NCBI GenBank assembly: GCA_038998335.1
Contig: JAVZHQ010000002.1
Location: forward strand, 9,575 to 73,574
DNA length: 64,000 bases
Direction of reading: 5' to 3'
Source of the DNA: Candidatus Aenigmatarchaeota archaeon
GTDB lineage: Archaea; Aenigmatarchaeota; Aenigmatarchaeia; CG10238-14; SCSR01
Of the stretch, positions 36,385 to 46,311 are shown one piece after another; position 1 is the first letter of the stretch; each line of letters begins with the position of its first letter. A program made the translations under genes and the position numbers. Below the pieces are notes generated by a model. That model had not been told where the DNA came from, did no database searches, and was given only the letters and a program-made list of their open reading frames with translations.

Positions 36385-38756
36385 CTTACTGCTATAACCT
36401 TAGTTGGTTCGTCTTTTTCCTTATCCCTTTCTAACCTGTAAAGATAGCCGGTAACAGCATCTTCAAGCCTTTCTTCGTGAGAAATAAGAAAGACTTGATC
36501 AACAAGTTCGCCAACTCTTGTTTTAAGAGTCAAAGCTAAATCTTCCACAGCCTTTGCATCAAGGTTGTGTGTGGGTTCGTCTAAAACAAGCCACCTTAGT
36601 TGAGGAGCTAAAACTCTAGCAAAAGCAATTCTCAAAGCCAAACAAGCTACACTTCTCTCGCCACCAGAAGCAATTCCATCTGCATTTATAAATCTTCCAG
36701 TTCTGTCTTTAAGTTGAAGAACATAATCTCCTTCTTCTATGTTGAGTTTAATTTCTATGTAATCTCTATAAGGATAAAGTGTAGGCCAAAGTCTATTCAT
36801 CTCATAATTTACTGCCTCAACAAACTCTTTTCTCATTTCTTCTTGAGTAAATTTTAAAGCTAACTCAAAAATCTTTAAGTCGTTTATGATTTTTTCAAGC
36901 TTTTTAACCTCTTCCATTTCTTTAACTACAAAATTAAATTCATTTTCATATTCTTTCAACCTTTCTTCTTTTTCTTTTTCCAATTTTTCTAATCCAAGAA
37001 TTTTTTCTTCCAATTCTTTTTCTTTCACAAAAACTTCTCTTAATTCTTTTTCTTTTTCTTCAAGATTTCTTCCAGAAATCTTTTCTTCCACTTCAGAAAT
37101 TTTAGTTTCTAAACGCTTAGCTTCTTTCATAAGTTCGTTTAATCTCTCTTTTCTTTCTTCATAATCTTTAAACCTATACCTTATAATTTCTAATTCTTGC
37201 AGAATTTCTCTAAGTTGTTTTACAGATTTTTCTGTTTCTTCGATTTCAACCTTGAGCTTAGAATAAACTTTTTCGTTTTCTTCAATTTCTTTATTCAAAT
37301 CTCTTGAATCCGTTAATAAGCTATTATATTCCTTCTTTTTTTCTTCCAAATCTTTTATCTCTTCTAGCATTTTTTCAACTTTTCTTTTAATTTTCTCGAT
37401 TTCTTCAAGCTCTTTCTCGTTTGCAGTTTTATTTTTTATCGCTTCCTCTAGTTTCTTCCTCAGTTCTTCTATTTTTCTTTCTCTTTCTCTTACGAGCAAA
37501 TCCTTTTTTTCTTGAGTTAAAACAGAATCACAAACTGGGCATTTTCCTCCAGCCGAAGAAAGTTTTTCCACACTTTCTTCCAAATCTTTTAACTTACTTT
37601 CAAACTCTTTAGCTTCTTCCAAGTATTTTTCATTTAACGATTTTTTATTCCTGATTTTTTCTTCTAACTCTTCTAAAGAAAAACCTAAGCTTTCAAGCTC
37701 TTCTTTGACTTTGAGTTTATTTTCAACCTCTACTCCAAGTTTCTCCATTTCTTTTTTTAGAAGATTGATTTTTGCCTTAGCTTCTGAAAGAGAATTCCCA
37801 ATCTTTTCGTAATAGCTTCTCTTTTCCCTTAAACTTTCTTCTAATTCCTTCAACTTTATTTTCATTTTTTCGATTTCTTTTTCTACTTCTTCCTTACTTC
37901 TGCCTTTCAAAATTTCTTCCAAACTCTTAAGATTCTTTGTAGTTTCATCTACTGCGCTGTTTATTCCTTTTTCTTCTTTTCTCAAGTTTTCTAGAAGTTT
38001 TTCTAACTCTCCTAATTCTTTAACTTCCTCTTCCAAACTTTTTTTCTTGCTAAGCACTTCTTCAAAACTCTTTTTTAGTTCTTTTTTTTCAGAAGAAATC
38101 TGAATCAAAGAAGATTTTATTTCAGAAATGCTTTTCTTTAAATTTTCTAAATCTATTGACTCTATTATTTTCTGTTTCTCACTCTTTCTATCCAAAAGCC
38201 TGTTTGTTAGAGTTTTTGTGTTTGCTCTTGCTTCCTCAAACTTGTTTATCATCAAAAGTTCGTCTATCTTTTTCATTCTTTGGCCTTTTGGAATTGTTAG
38301 GAAATAGTCTAAAGCATTTTGTTCAGAGTAAATTGCTCTTGTAAAAAGGTCATAATCAACTTTCAAAATTTTTTCTATAGTTTCTGTTACTCTTTGTGAG
38401 TTTGGTCCTTCCAAAAGTTTTCCTTCTTCCCTTAATTCAGAATAAGTTGTTCCTTTTCCTTTCTCGATAATTCTTTTTACAGAGTATGTTTTACCGTTAG
38501 CTTCAAAGAAAACTTCTACTTCGGCTTTATTTTTTTCTGTAGGTTTGTTCATTATAATTTCATCAAGTTTAATTTTTTTACTCTGTAAATCAGGGAAATT
38601 TCCAAAAAGAGCGAAGCATATAGCATTTAAAACAGAAGTTTTCCCGCTTCCCATTCCCCCGAACAAAGCGTTAGTTCCTTTTGAGAACCTAAACTCAGAC
38701 TCTAGATGAGAACGCCAATTCTTAAGCCTAACTTTTGTTATCATTATTTCACCCAT
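36381..38756 (-). CDS. rad50: Rad50 ATPase
   Basis: N-terminal Walker-A GGMGSGKTS, a long coiled coil carrying the CPVC zinc hook, and C-terminal LVLDEPTHNLD (signature/D-loop). Confidence 0.9.
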   Translation of the reverse strand: MGEIMITKVRLKNWRSHLESEFRFSKGTNALFGGMGSGKTSVLNAICFALFGNFPDLQSKKIKLDEIIMNKPTEKNKAEVEVFFEANGKTYSVKRIIEKGKGTTYSELREEGKLLEGPNSQRVTETIEKILKVDYDLFTRAIYSEQNALDYFLTIPKGQRMKKIDELLMINKFEEARANTKTLTNRLLDRKSEKQKIIESIDLENLKKSISEIKSSLIQISSEKKELKKSFEEVLSKKKSLEEEVKELGELEKLLENLRKEEKGINSAVDETTKNLKSLEEILKGRSKEEVEKEIEKMKIKLKELEESLREKRSYYEKIGNSLSEAKAKINLLKKEMEKLGVEVENKLKVKEELESLGFSLEELEEKIRNKKSLNEKYLEEAKEFESKLKDLEESVEKLSSAGGKCPVCDSVLTQEKKDLLVRERERKIEELRKKLEEAIKNKTANEKELEEIEKIKRKVEKMLEEIKDLEEKKKEYNSLLTDSRDLNKEIEENEKVYSKLKVEIEETEKSVKQLREILQELEIIRYRFKDYEERKERLNELMKEAKRLETKISEVEEKISGRNLEEKEKELREVFVKEKELEEKILGLEKLEKEKEERLKEYENEFNFVVKEMEEVKKLEKIINDLKIFELALKFTQEEMRKEFVEAVNYEMNRLWPTLYPYRDYIEIKLNIEEGDYVLQLKDRTGRFINADGIASGGERSVACLALRIAFARVLAPQLRWLVLDEPTHNLDAKAVEDLALTLKTRVGELVDQVFLISHEERLEDAVTGYLYRLERDKEKDEPTKVIAVS

Positions 38757-40018
38757 TTTTCTAAACCTTTTTGTCTTTCTAAAGATTTTTTCAAATCTTT
38801 TTCTAAAGTTAATTGTTCACCAATCAAAATGTTAAAAGCTTTTTCTATTTCGCCTTCACTTAAAATACTAAAAAATTTTTCAAAGTCATAGGTAAAGCTG
38901 AACCCAAGCTCTTCTAAATTCTTTCTTAAAATGTTTAGGCCAATTTCTTCTACAGAAAGCCTTTGTTCTCTTAAATCTCTTAAAAACTCTATTTTTCTCT
39001 CTACTTCTTTAGTTTCTAGCTCTTTGACAAGAATTATTACAGCTCTTTCAGAAAACTTTTTCTCTATTTCTCTTAACTCTTGGTCTGAAATTTCTGTTTC
39101 TTTTCCTATAACTTTTATTCTAATTAAAGGTTTTTTCAGAAAATTTTTATCGAGAATTTTTTTAATCAAACTTTCAATTTTTTCTCTTCCCCCACATTCC
39201 AAATTAATTTCCTCATAGAAAAACCTTCTAATTTTTTCAAGCTTTTCAAAAGTAACTTTAATTTTTTCATCAATTTCAATTTTGAAAAAACCTTTTTCAC
39301 TCAAAGCCTCATTTTTTTCATATTGTGTAACTATCGTACTTCCTGGAAAAAGTAAAAGAGTGTTATTTACTTTTTCCTGAGCAGAAGAGTGAACGTGCCC
39401 ATCTATTATAACATCAAAACCTTTTGGAAGATTAGAAACACTTAAGCTTGGTGGTTCAAGGGGAGAATAAACATAAGGAGAAATGTTTTGATGTAAAAGC
39501 AAGATGTTAAAACAATTTTCTAAAGGTTTTGGATTCCATAGGTTTAAAACCTCTTTTGCAAACCTTTCGGGCACACCAGACATTCCATGAATCGCTACCC
39601 TTTTTCCTTCTTTTTCAAAAACTATTGTATGCTTATGTAAATGAATTAGAATTCCAGCATTTTCCAGAACTTCTACAGCATTTATCTCATCTTTTCCTTT
39701 TCTTTCATGAGTACCGTGAATTGCTACTATTGGTAAATGAGATAAAGTCCTTTTTGAAATATCTTTCAATTCTTTTGAGGAAGAGATAAGTTTTAAGCCA
39801 GAAGACTCTTTGAGTAAAGGTTTAGTTAAAATTTTCATGGCTCTTGCCCAAGTGTCTGGCCTTGGTATTCTTGTATCAAAGATATCGCCAGCTATTAAAA
39901 TTAAGTCACAATCTAGAGCTTTTTCTATAGCTTCTTCTGCATTTTCAAAACTATCGTTTTCAAGCTCTGAGTTGTAGGCAAAGCCAAAATGAAAATCTGA
40001 AAGCACTGCTATTTTCAT
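38744..40018 (-). CDS. mre11: Mre11 nuclease
   Basis: Phosphoesterase motifs DFHFG, GDIFD and GTHE/GHVH. It overlaps rad50 by 13 nt in the usual mre11-rad50 operon order. Confidence 0.85.
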   Translation of the reverse strand: MKIAVLSDFHFGFAYNSELENDSFENAEEAIEKALDCDLILIAGDIFDTRIPRPDTWARAMKILTKPLLKESSGLKLISSSKELKDISKRTLSHLPIVAIHGTHERKGKDEINAVEVLENAGILIHLHKHTIVFEKEGKRVAIHGMSGVPERFAKEVLNLWNPKPLENCFNILLLHQNISPYVYSPLEPPSLSVSNLPKGFDVIIDGHVHSSAQEKVNNTLLLFPGSTIVTQYEKNEALSEKGFFKIEIDEKIKVTFEKLEKIRRFFYEEINLECGGREKIESLIKKILDKNFLKKPLIRIKVIGKETEISDQELREIEKKFSERAVIILVKELETKEVERKIEFLRDLREQRLSVEEIGLNILRKNLEELGFSFTYDFEKFFSILSEGEIEKAFNILIGEQLTLEKDLKKSLERQKGLEKWVK

Positions 40019-40160
40019 TTTTATCTATTTAACTAATCTTTGCTAACTTATAAAAGTTTTTAAGTATTGCAATTAAATATTTAAAAGTGGAGCAAATGGG
40101 CGATTCACTTCCAAGCTGAAAAACTAATTCTTTTATCCACAAATTTTATTAGGTGGGAAA

Positions 40161-41606
40161 GTGGCTGAACAAGAAGGTATAACAGTAAAGAAAAATGAAA
40201 ATTTTTCTGAGTGGTATACCCAAGTTGTGTTAAAATCGAAGTTAGCTGATTATGGACCTGTTCAAGGGACAATTGTTTTCAGGGAATACTCTTATGAAAT
40301 CTGGGAAAAGATTCAATCGATTTTTGATAAAATGATTAAAAACACTGGACATAAAAATGCTTACTTTCCTTTATTAATTCCTGAAAGTTTTCTCAAGAAA
40401 GAAGCTGAGCATTTTAAAGGCTTTGTTCCAGAAGTTTTTTGGGTAACTCATGCAGGTGATGATAAGCTTGGTGAAAGACTAGCTATTAGACCTACATCAG
40501 AAACTATAATCTACTATTTTTTCTCTAGGTGGATAAGAAGTTGGCGCGATTTACCTGTTTTATTAAATCAATGGTGTAACATCTTAAGGGCTGAAATAAA
40601 ATCCACTAAACCTTTTATCAGAACTTCGGAATTCTTGTGGCAAGAAGGCCACACAGCACATGCAACAAAAGAGGAAGCAGACAAGGAAGTTATGCTCATC
40701 TTAAATTTCTATAAAGATTTGATTGAAAATTATTTAGCAATTCCTGTATTGGTTGGTAAAAAAACAGAAAGAGAAAAGTTTGCTGGAGCTCTGTATACAA
40801 CAACACTCGAAGCAATAATGCCTGACGGTAAAGCTTTGCAGATGGGAACTTCCCATAACTTAGGGCAAAACTTCTCCAAACCTTTTGAAATAAAATTTAT
40901 GGATAAAGACAAAAAGGAAAAGTATGTTTGGACAACTTCTTGGGGAATAGCTACTCGTTTAATCGGGGCAATTATTATGGCTCATGGTGATGACAAAGGT
41001 TTAATAATTCCTCCAAAAGTTGCTCCTTATAAAGTAGTTATAGTTCCCATTTATTACAAAGAAAAAGAGAAGGAAAAAATAATGAAGAAATGTAGCGAAG
41101 TTCAGGAGATTTTACAGAGAAATAGTATTGAGACTATTTTTGACAAAAGAGAAGAGTATACTCCTGGTTGGAAGTTTAACGAATGGGAGCTTAAAGGTAT
41201 ACCTTTAAGAATCGAAATAGGGCCAAAGGATGTTGAGAAAAAGCAAATAGTTTTGGTAAGAAGAGATACAAACGAGAAAATTGTAGCAAAAGAAAAGGAA
41301 ATAGTAGAAAAAACTCTTTATCTTTTGGAAGAAATTCAAAAAAATCTTTTTAAAAAAGCAAAGAAGTTTCTTGAAGAGCATATAACAACAGTAAAAGATT
41401 ACAAAGAATTTAAAGAAAAGTTAGAAGAAAAAGGTGGTTTCATAAGAGCTTGCTGGTGTGAAAGTGAAGAGTGTGAAGCAAAAATCAAAGAAGAAACTGG
41501 TGCAACTATCAGGCTAATACCTTTTGAAAAAGAAAAGATTTTTTCAAGTTGTGTTTATTGCGGTAAAAAAGCAAAGAAAGTTGCTTACTTTGCAAAATCT
41601 TATTAG
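40161..41606 (+). CDS. proS: prolyl-tRNA synthetase, archaeal/eukaryal type
   Basis: Class-II core with a C-terminal zinc-binding domain (CWCESEECEAKIKEE...CVYCGKKA) that ends in Tyr. Confidence 0.9.
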   Translation: MAEQEGITVKKNENFSEWYTQVVLKSKLADYGPVQGTIVFREYSYEIWEKIQSIFDKMIKNTGHKNAYFPLLIPESFLKKEAEHFKGFVPEVFWVTHAGDDKLGERLAIRPTSETIIYYFFSRWIRSWRDLPVLLNQWCNILRAEIKSTKPFIRTSEFLWQEGHTAHATKEEADKEVMLILNFYKDLIENYLAIPVLVGKKTEREKFAGALYTTTLEAIMPDGKALQMGTSHNLGQNFSKPFEIKFMDKDKKEKYVWTTSWGIATRLIGAIIMAHGDDKGLIIPPKVAPYKVVIVPIYYKEKEKEKIMKKCSEVQEILQRNSIETIFDKREEYTPGWKFNEWELKGIPLRIEIGPKDVEKKQIVLVRRDTNEKIVAKEKEIVEKTLYLLEEIQKNLFKKAKKFLEEHITTVKDYKEFKEKLEEKGGFIRACWCESEECEAKIKEETGATIRLIPFEKEKIFSSCVYCGKKAKKVAYFAKSY

Positions 41607-41667
41607 TTTAATGAATTATATTAACCTCTTTACTTCTAACATACTCTTCAGGTTGGCTGCTATTACT

Positions 41668-42366
41668 TTAACAAAACCCTGGTCTATCGTTTAGCTTATA
41701 AACTATATTTCCTTTCGCTTCTGTCACAATTAAAGGTGGAGAAATTGGATTATGGCCGTGCTCTACAGTTATTATTGTTGGAATTTTAGAAGCTATGAGA
41801 GCTAAGGCAACAGCGTTTGTAGAAATATTCTCATTTTCAAAGACATACGTCTCTTTCATTTTTAGATCGTCTCCTGCTGAGCCACCGCTAAACTTGATAT
41901 GACTACCTAATGTTCTTATCGTAGCAGTTACAATTTCCTCTCCCTTCCCAGCCAAACCATCATGTAAGTTTATCGCTGATAAATAAGGATAATTCTCTAC
42001 ATAACTAGGAAATTGTTTAGTAGCTTCTTTTAACGCTTCCATTTCATTTTCTCTTACCCCTTTTCCCAAACCTGTGAAAAATTTATGAGTATCGCTAGAG
42101 ATAAGAGCTAGAGCCACACTTCCTTTATAAATAGCTTCTTCCGTGAATTCTCCTGCAGAAGAACAACCAATAAGCTTTGCTTCTCTTCCTATAACTTCTC
42201 TTATTCCTTCTATAACTTTTTTATAATCGTATTCTGAAGAACTGAAAACTAATGCAAAATCTGGCTTTTTTCCTTCTAGTTTTTCTAAAGCTTTAGTCGC
42301 TACTTCCCTTCCCACCTCTAAGGAATCTTTCCCTTTAACTATACTTGTAACAAACTTGGTTGCCAT
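41668..42366 (-). CDS. FIST-N-domain protein lacking the FIST-C domain
   Basis: 232 aa. The pattern PDFALVFSSSEYDY...LIGCSSAGEFT is typical of FIST_N. The ORF stops right after NDRPGFC, where the FIST_C domain would normally begin. Confidence 0.5.
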   Translation of the reverse strand: MATKFVTSIVKGKDSLEVGREVATKALEKLEGKKPDFALVFSSSEYDYKKVIEGIREVIGREAKLIGCSSAGEFTEEAIYKGSVALALISSDTHKFFTGLGKGVRENEMEALKEATKQFPSYVENYPYLSAINLHDGLAGKGEEIVTATIRTLGSHIKFSGGSAGDDLKMKETYVFENENISTNAVALALIASKIPTIITVEHGHNPISPPLIVTEAKGNIVYKLNDRPGFC

Positions 42367-42391
42367 AAATTTTATTTAAGCTTTTTTATTT

Positions 42392-43105
42392 TTGAAATTA
42401 AAATTGGTTAAACGAAAGATATTTAAATTAAATCACATAATTATTTTTAGCTGTTCTTTGGTGAACTATTTGAAACCTAAAATAAGAACAACAGGAACAA
42501 CAACAGTAGGAATAGTTTGTAAGGAAGGGGTAGTGCTAGCTGCTGAGAAAAAGTCTACTATGGGGTATTTAGTAGCTAGCAAAGAAAGTGTTAAAATTTT
42601 GCCTATAGAGGACAACATAGCAATAACTATAGCAGGAGCTAGTGGAGATGCTCAAGCTTTAGTAAGATACATGAAAGCTGAATGCAGACTTTTTGAGATT
42701 CAAAACAATAGAAAAATTTCTGTTCAAGCTGCTGCAACACTTCTAGCAAATATTTTATATTCTGGAAGATGGACGTTTTTACCTTACATGGTTCAACTGA
42801 TAATTGCAGGTTATGATGATTCTGGTCCTTCCATTTATACTCTTGACGCAATTGGCTCTGTAGAAGAGGAAAAAAGGTTTTTCTCTACAGGCTCAGGCTC
42901 GCCAATAGCCTTAGGTGTTTTGGAAGATAAGTACAAGGATGGTATTTCTTTAAGCGAAGGGATAAAGCTTGCTGTCCAAGCAATTAAAGCTGCTATAGAG
43001 CGTGATATAGCATCTGGAGGAAAAAGTATTGATGTTGCTGTCATAACTAAAGATGGTTTTAAGTTACTTGGAAAAGAAGAAATTGAAAAAATAACGAAAC
43101 AGTAA
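42392..43105 (+). CDS. psmB: proteasome beta subunit
   Basis: Propeptide followed by the catalytic TTTVGIVCKEGVVLAAEKK...; Ntn-hydrolase fold. Confidence 0.85.
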   Translation: MKLKLVKRKIFKLNHIIIFSCSLVNYLKPKIRTTGTTTVGIVCKEGVVLAAEKKSTMGYLVASKESVKILPIEDNIAITIAGASGDAQALVRYMKAECRLFEIQNNRKISVQAAATLLANILYSGRWTFLPYMVQLIIAGYDDSGPSIYTLDAIGSVEEEKRFFSTGSGSPIALGVLEDKYKDGISLSEGIKLAVQAIKAAIERDIASGGKSIDVAVITKDGFKLLGKEEIEKITKQ

Positions 43106-43114
43106 AATTCTAAA

Positions 43115-44992
43115 GTGAATAAAATGGAAATTCTCGAAAAAGTTAAGAATATACTGCCAAAAGAAGCGATAAGTAAGGTAGAGCTAGAAGGTTCAGAGAT
43201 AATAGTTTACACAAAGGATAAGGATTTCTTCGTAGAGCATGAAGAAGTAGTAAAAAAAGCAGTAGAGGAATTGAAGAAAAGAATAGAAATAAGACCTGAA
43301 AGCGATTTATGCTTAGACCAAGAGTATACAAAAGAAAAGATAATGGAAATAGTTCCAAAAGAAGCTAACATAAAAAACATTTATTTTGAACCAGAGCGTA
43401 GCATAGTTATAATTGCTGCAGAAAAGCCTGGTTTGGTCATAGGAAAAGGTGGGGAAACTTTCAAACAGATTAAAAAAGAGACCTTTTGGGTCCCGAGAAT
43501 TGAGAGAGTCCCGCCCATAAAATCTGATATTATAGAAGGGATAAGAAAGGTTATTCACACAGAAGTGAAATTTAGAAAAGAGTTCTTGAATAAAATAGGT
43601 GAGCAAATTTTTTCTGAAAGAAAAACTAACAGAGATTGGATAAGAGTTATTGGTTTAGGTTCTTGTAGAGAAGTTGGAAGAAGTTGCTTTTTGATAGAAA
43701 CACCAAAGTCAAAAGTTTTGATAGATTGTGGAATTAATGTGGGGGGAACTAATTCAAGTATTTTTCCTTACTTCCAGACTAAGGAGTTTGATTATAATGA
43801 GCTAGATGCTATAATAGTTTCTCACGCTCATCTAGACCATTTAGGCTGCGTACCAATGCTTTATGAGCATGGTTATGATGGGCCATTATACCTAACTACT
43901 CCAACAATAGATTTAGCAACTCTCCTTTGGCTTGATTACATTGATGTTATGCAAAAAAATGCTGTTAACCCTTTATTTACTGCTCGTGGTGTAAAAGAAG
44001 CAGTAAAGCATAGCATTTCTTTAGAGTATGGGGAAGTTTCTGACGTTGCTCCTGACGTAAGGCTTACTTTTCAGAATGCAGGACATGTTTTAGGTTCAGC
44101 TTTAATTCACTTGCATATTGGTGAAGGTTTGCACAATATTGTTTATGCTTGTGATATGAAGTTTGGGAAAACTCCTCTGCTTGAGCCAGCTTTCACAAAT
44201 TTTCAAAGGGTTGAAACTCTAATAATAGAAAGCACTTATGGTGGAACAAACGATATAATGCCTCCTCGTGACGAAGCAGAAAAGCAACTTGTGGAAATTA
44301 TAAACAAAACTATGGAGAGAAATGGTATAGCTTTGATTCCAAGTTTTGCAGTTGAAAGAGCTCAAGATGTTATGGCCATACTTGTCGAAAATAATTTTCA
44401 GTATCCTGTTTTTATTGACGGGATGATTTGGGATGCTACAGGAATTTATACTGCTTATCCTGAGTACATGTCAAGAGTAACTCAAAGAAAAATTTTTAGC
44501 GGAAAAGATCCTTTTGTTAGCGATATTTTTAAAAGAGTGGCTTCTCCTCAAGAAAGGGAAAAAGTTTTGGAGCAAAGGCCTTGTGTTATAATTTCAACAT
44601 CTGGCATGCTAGTTGGTGGGCCAGCAATAAACTACTTGCAAAACTTGGCAGAAGACCCAAAAAATACTTTAATATTTGTTGGTTATCAAGGTGAAGGAAC
44701 CTTAGGAAGAAGAATTCAGAAAGGATGGAAGGAAATTCCTATGAGAACAGAAAATGGAAAAACTATAGCTATTAATTTACAAATGGAAGTTCAGACTATA
44801 GATGGGTTGTCAGGACATTCTGACAGAAATCAGCTCTTAAGCTTTATTCACAGGTTAGCTTCCAAGCCTGATAAAGTGATAATTGCTCATGGTGAGAATC
44901 AAAAGGCTTTGGAATTGGCTAGAAGCATTCATAAATTGTTTAGAGTAGAAACTGTTGCTCCTAGAAATTTGGAAGCAATAAGACTTAAATGA
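43115..44992 (+). CDS. aCPSF1 (KH / metallo-beta-lactamase / beta-CASP ribonuclease, FttA)
   Basis: Two N-terminal KH-like domains, the HxHxDH motif (SHAHLDHLG), and beta-CASP motifs. 625 aa. Confidence 0.85.
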   Translation: MNKMEILEKVKNILPKEAISKVELEGSEIIVYTKDKDFFVEHEEVVKKAVEELKKRIEIRPESDLCLDQEYTKEKIMEIVPKEANIKNIYFEPERSIVIIAAEKPGLVIGKGGETFKQIKKETFWVPRIERVPPIKSDIIEGIRKVIHTEVKFRKEFLNKIGEQIFSERKTNRDWIRVIGLGSCREVGRSCFLIETPKSKVLIDCGINVGGTNSSIFPYFQTKEFDYNELDAIIVSHAHLDHLGCVPMLYEHGYDGPLYLTTPTIDLATLLWLDYIDVMQKNAVNPLFTARGVKEAVKHSISLEYGEVSDVAPDVRLTFQNAGHVLGSALIHLHIGEGLHNIVYACDMKFGKTPLLEPAFTNFQRVETLIIESTYGGTNDIMPPRDEAEKQLVEIINKTMERNGIALIPSFAVERAQDVMAILVENNFQYPVFIDGMIWDATGIYTAYPEYMSRVTQRKIFSGKDPFVSDIFKRVASPQEREKVLEQRPCVIISTSGMLVGGPAINYLQNLAEDPKNTLIFVGYQGEGTLGRRIQKGWKEIPMRTENGKTIAINLQMEVQTIDGLSGHSDRNQLLSFIHRLASKPDKVIIAHGENQKALELARSIHKLFRVETVAPRNLEAIRLK

Positions 44993-44997
44993 AACTG

Positions 44998-45031
44998 TTA
45001 CAATATCTATATGAACCCCCACTGCTTACAA
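44998..45031. repeat. 33-bp direct repeat, copy 1 (intergenic)
   Basis: gttacaatatctatatgaacccccactgcttacaa; it recurs at 45207-45240 with one C fewer. Confidence 0.7.
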
Positions 45032-45086
45032 CCTTCTAATTGTCTTTTTAAGTTTACTAGTTTTTTAACTTATTCATTAAAATTTC

Positions 45087-46226
45087 TTAACCATAAAGAA
45101 TAAGTCCAGCACCTGAAATATCAACAGTTGCGCTATCTGGGCATGTATCACCTGCTGGATAGGAAGGACAGCCACCTTTTCTAAATTCTACAACCAAAAA
45201 TCTGTAGTCACAATATCTATATGAACCCCACTGCTTACAATCTCCAATTTCTCCTAAAGGTTTAAGAGTAAATTCGTTGCTTATAACTCTGCAAGTTCTT
45301 CGCCACTCTCCAGTATTACAACATGTCGCTGGAGGAATTGTTACAGTTGCAGCCTCTCCATCATCATAAAAATTGCCAGTTTCACGCTCATATTTTATAT
45401 ACCTTAATCTGGCTTCTACGCCGTTACATTGTTCATAATAAAAGGTTGCACTACCATCAGGAATATCAATACGTAGTTGACCCCATCTTTCACCAGCCAA
45501 ATCGGCCCAGAACCTTGCTTTTGTTCCATAAGGAATGGTTACTGTTGCTGCATATTTTGACCAACTGGTTGAACGTGTGTATTCGTAGGCGTTCCCTCCT
45601 CCGACATAACCACCACCAATCCTAATAGGATAGAACCAAATTCCAGTAGGTGTATTACTGGTTAAGTTGCCAGAAACAACCAAATTATCCCACAAGCGTA
45701 CTGTTCCGGTACCGCTTGAATGAGCGTCTATTATCAAATCTCCTGTATAACTTCTTAACCCCTTTCCACTATCCACATAAATGTCCCCTCCACTTACATG
45801 TAATTTTGCTTGAGGACTCGTTGTTCCGATTCCTACATTTCCACCGCTTGGATTTATTGCTAAAGGAAATGCTGCACTGTCTGTACTACGAAAGGCTTGC
45901 ATCCAAACAGCCCAAGTACCTGTGTTAAGAGCACCGATATACAAGAAAACATCACCACCACCTACGGCAGCTACAGCTCTATCAACTCCAACATTCGAGT
46001 ATCTTGGGCCATTAACACTCAAAGTTCTTACATCTAATGCTCCAAGAAAAGTGTACTTTCCAGAAGAAGCAAAGGTTCTTTCTGCATCGGTATCCCCTCC
46101 TATTTGACTTGCTGTATGCCCTGGGCTAGGAGCTCCTGGTCCAGGAGAAGCCAAGCTTGGAATATAGCCAACTATTAAACCTAGGGAAAAGATTAGCAAA
46201 AAGGATAAAATTAAAGCTTTTTTCAT
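45087..46226 (-). CDS. secreted tail-fibre-like / beta-helical surface protein, compositionally foreign (likely horizontally acquired)
   Basis: 379 aa with a signal peptide, then G/A/T/S-rich repeats including NPSGGNVGIGTTSPQAKLHVSGGDIYV, a motif I recognise from bacterial/phage tail-fibre-type proteins, and a Cys-rich C-terminus. The DNA is visibly GC-richer than its flanks and uses few K/E codons. Confidence 0.6.
   Translation of the reverse strand: MKKALILSFLLIFSLGLIVGYIPSLASPGPGAPSPGHTASQIGGDTDAERTFASSGKYTFLGALDVRTLSVNGPRYSNVGVDRAVAAVGGGDVFLYIGALNTGTWAVWMQAFRSTDSAAFPLAINPSGGNVGIGTTSPQAKLHVSGGDIYVDSGKGLRSYTGDLIIDAHSSGTGTVRLWDNLVVSGNLTSNTPTGIWFYPIRIGGGYVGGGNAYEYTRSTSWSKYAATVTIPYGTKARFWADLAGERWGQLRIDIPDGSATFYYEQCNGVEARLRYIKYERETGNFYDDGEAATVTIPPATCCNTGEWRRTCRVISNEFTLKPLGEIGDCKQWGSYRYCDYRFLVVEFRKGGCPSYPAGDTCPDSATVDISGAGLILYG
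45207..45240. repeat. 33-bp direct repeat, copy 2 (inside the 3' end of the 45087-46226 gene)
   Basis: gtcacaatatctatatgaaccccactgcttacaa; on the coding strand it encodes ...CKQWGSYRYCDY. Confidence 0.7.
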
Positions 46227-46311
46227 AATTTATTATTTAATTTATTAATACTAATTTCTTACTTTTCTCGTAACCAATACTTTTAACTATTCAGAAAAAC
46301 TAATTTAAATT

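Noticed and set aside
36886-38344. Plus-strand ORFs within rad50; apparent periodic repeats in the rad50 DNA
   Set aside because: The repeats reflect the heptad periodicity of the Rad50 coiled coil (E/K/L codons). The ORFs are antisense artefacts.
45323-46107. Three plus-strand ORFs (100, 92 and 61 aa) opposite the GC-rich tail-fibre-like gene
   Set aside because: Elevated GC reduces stop-codon frequency in all frames. The minus-strand product has a signal peptide and recognisable motifs, whereas the plus-strand ones do not.
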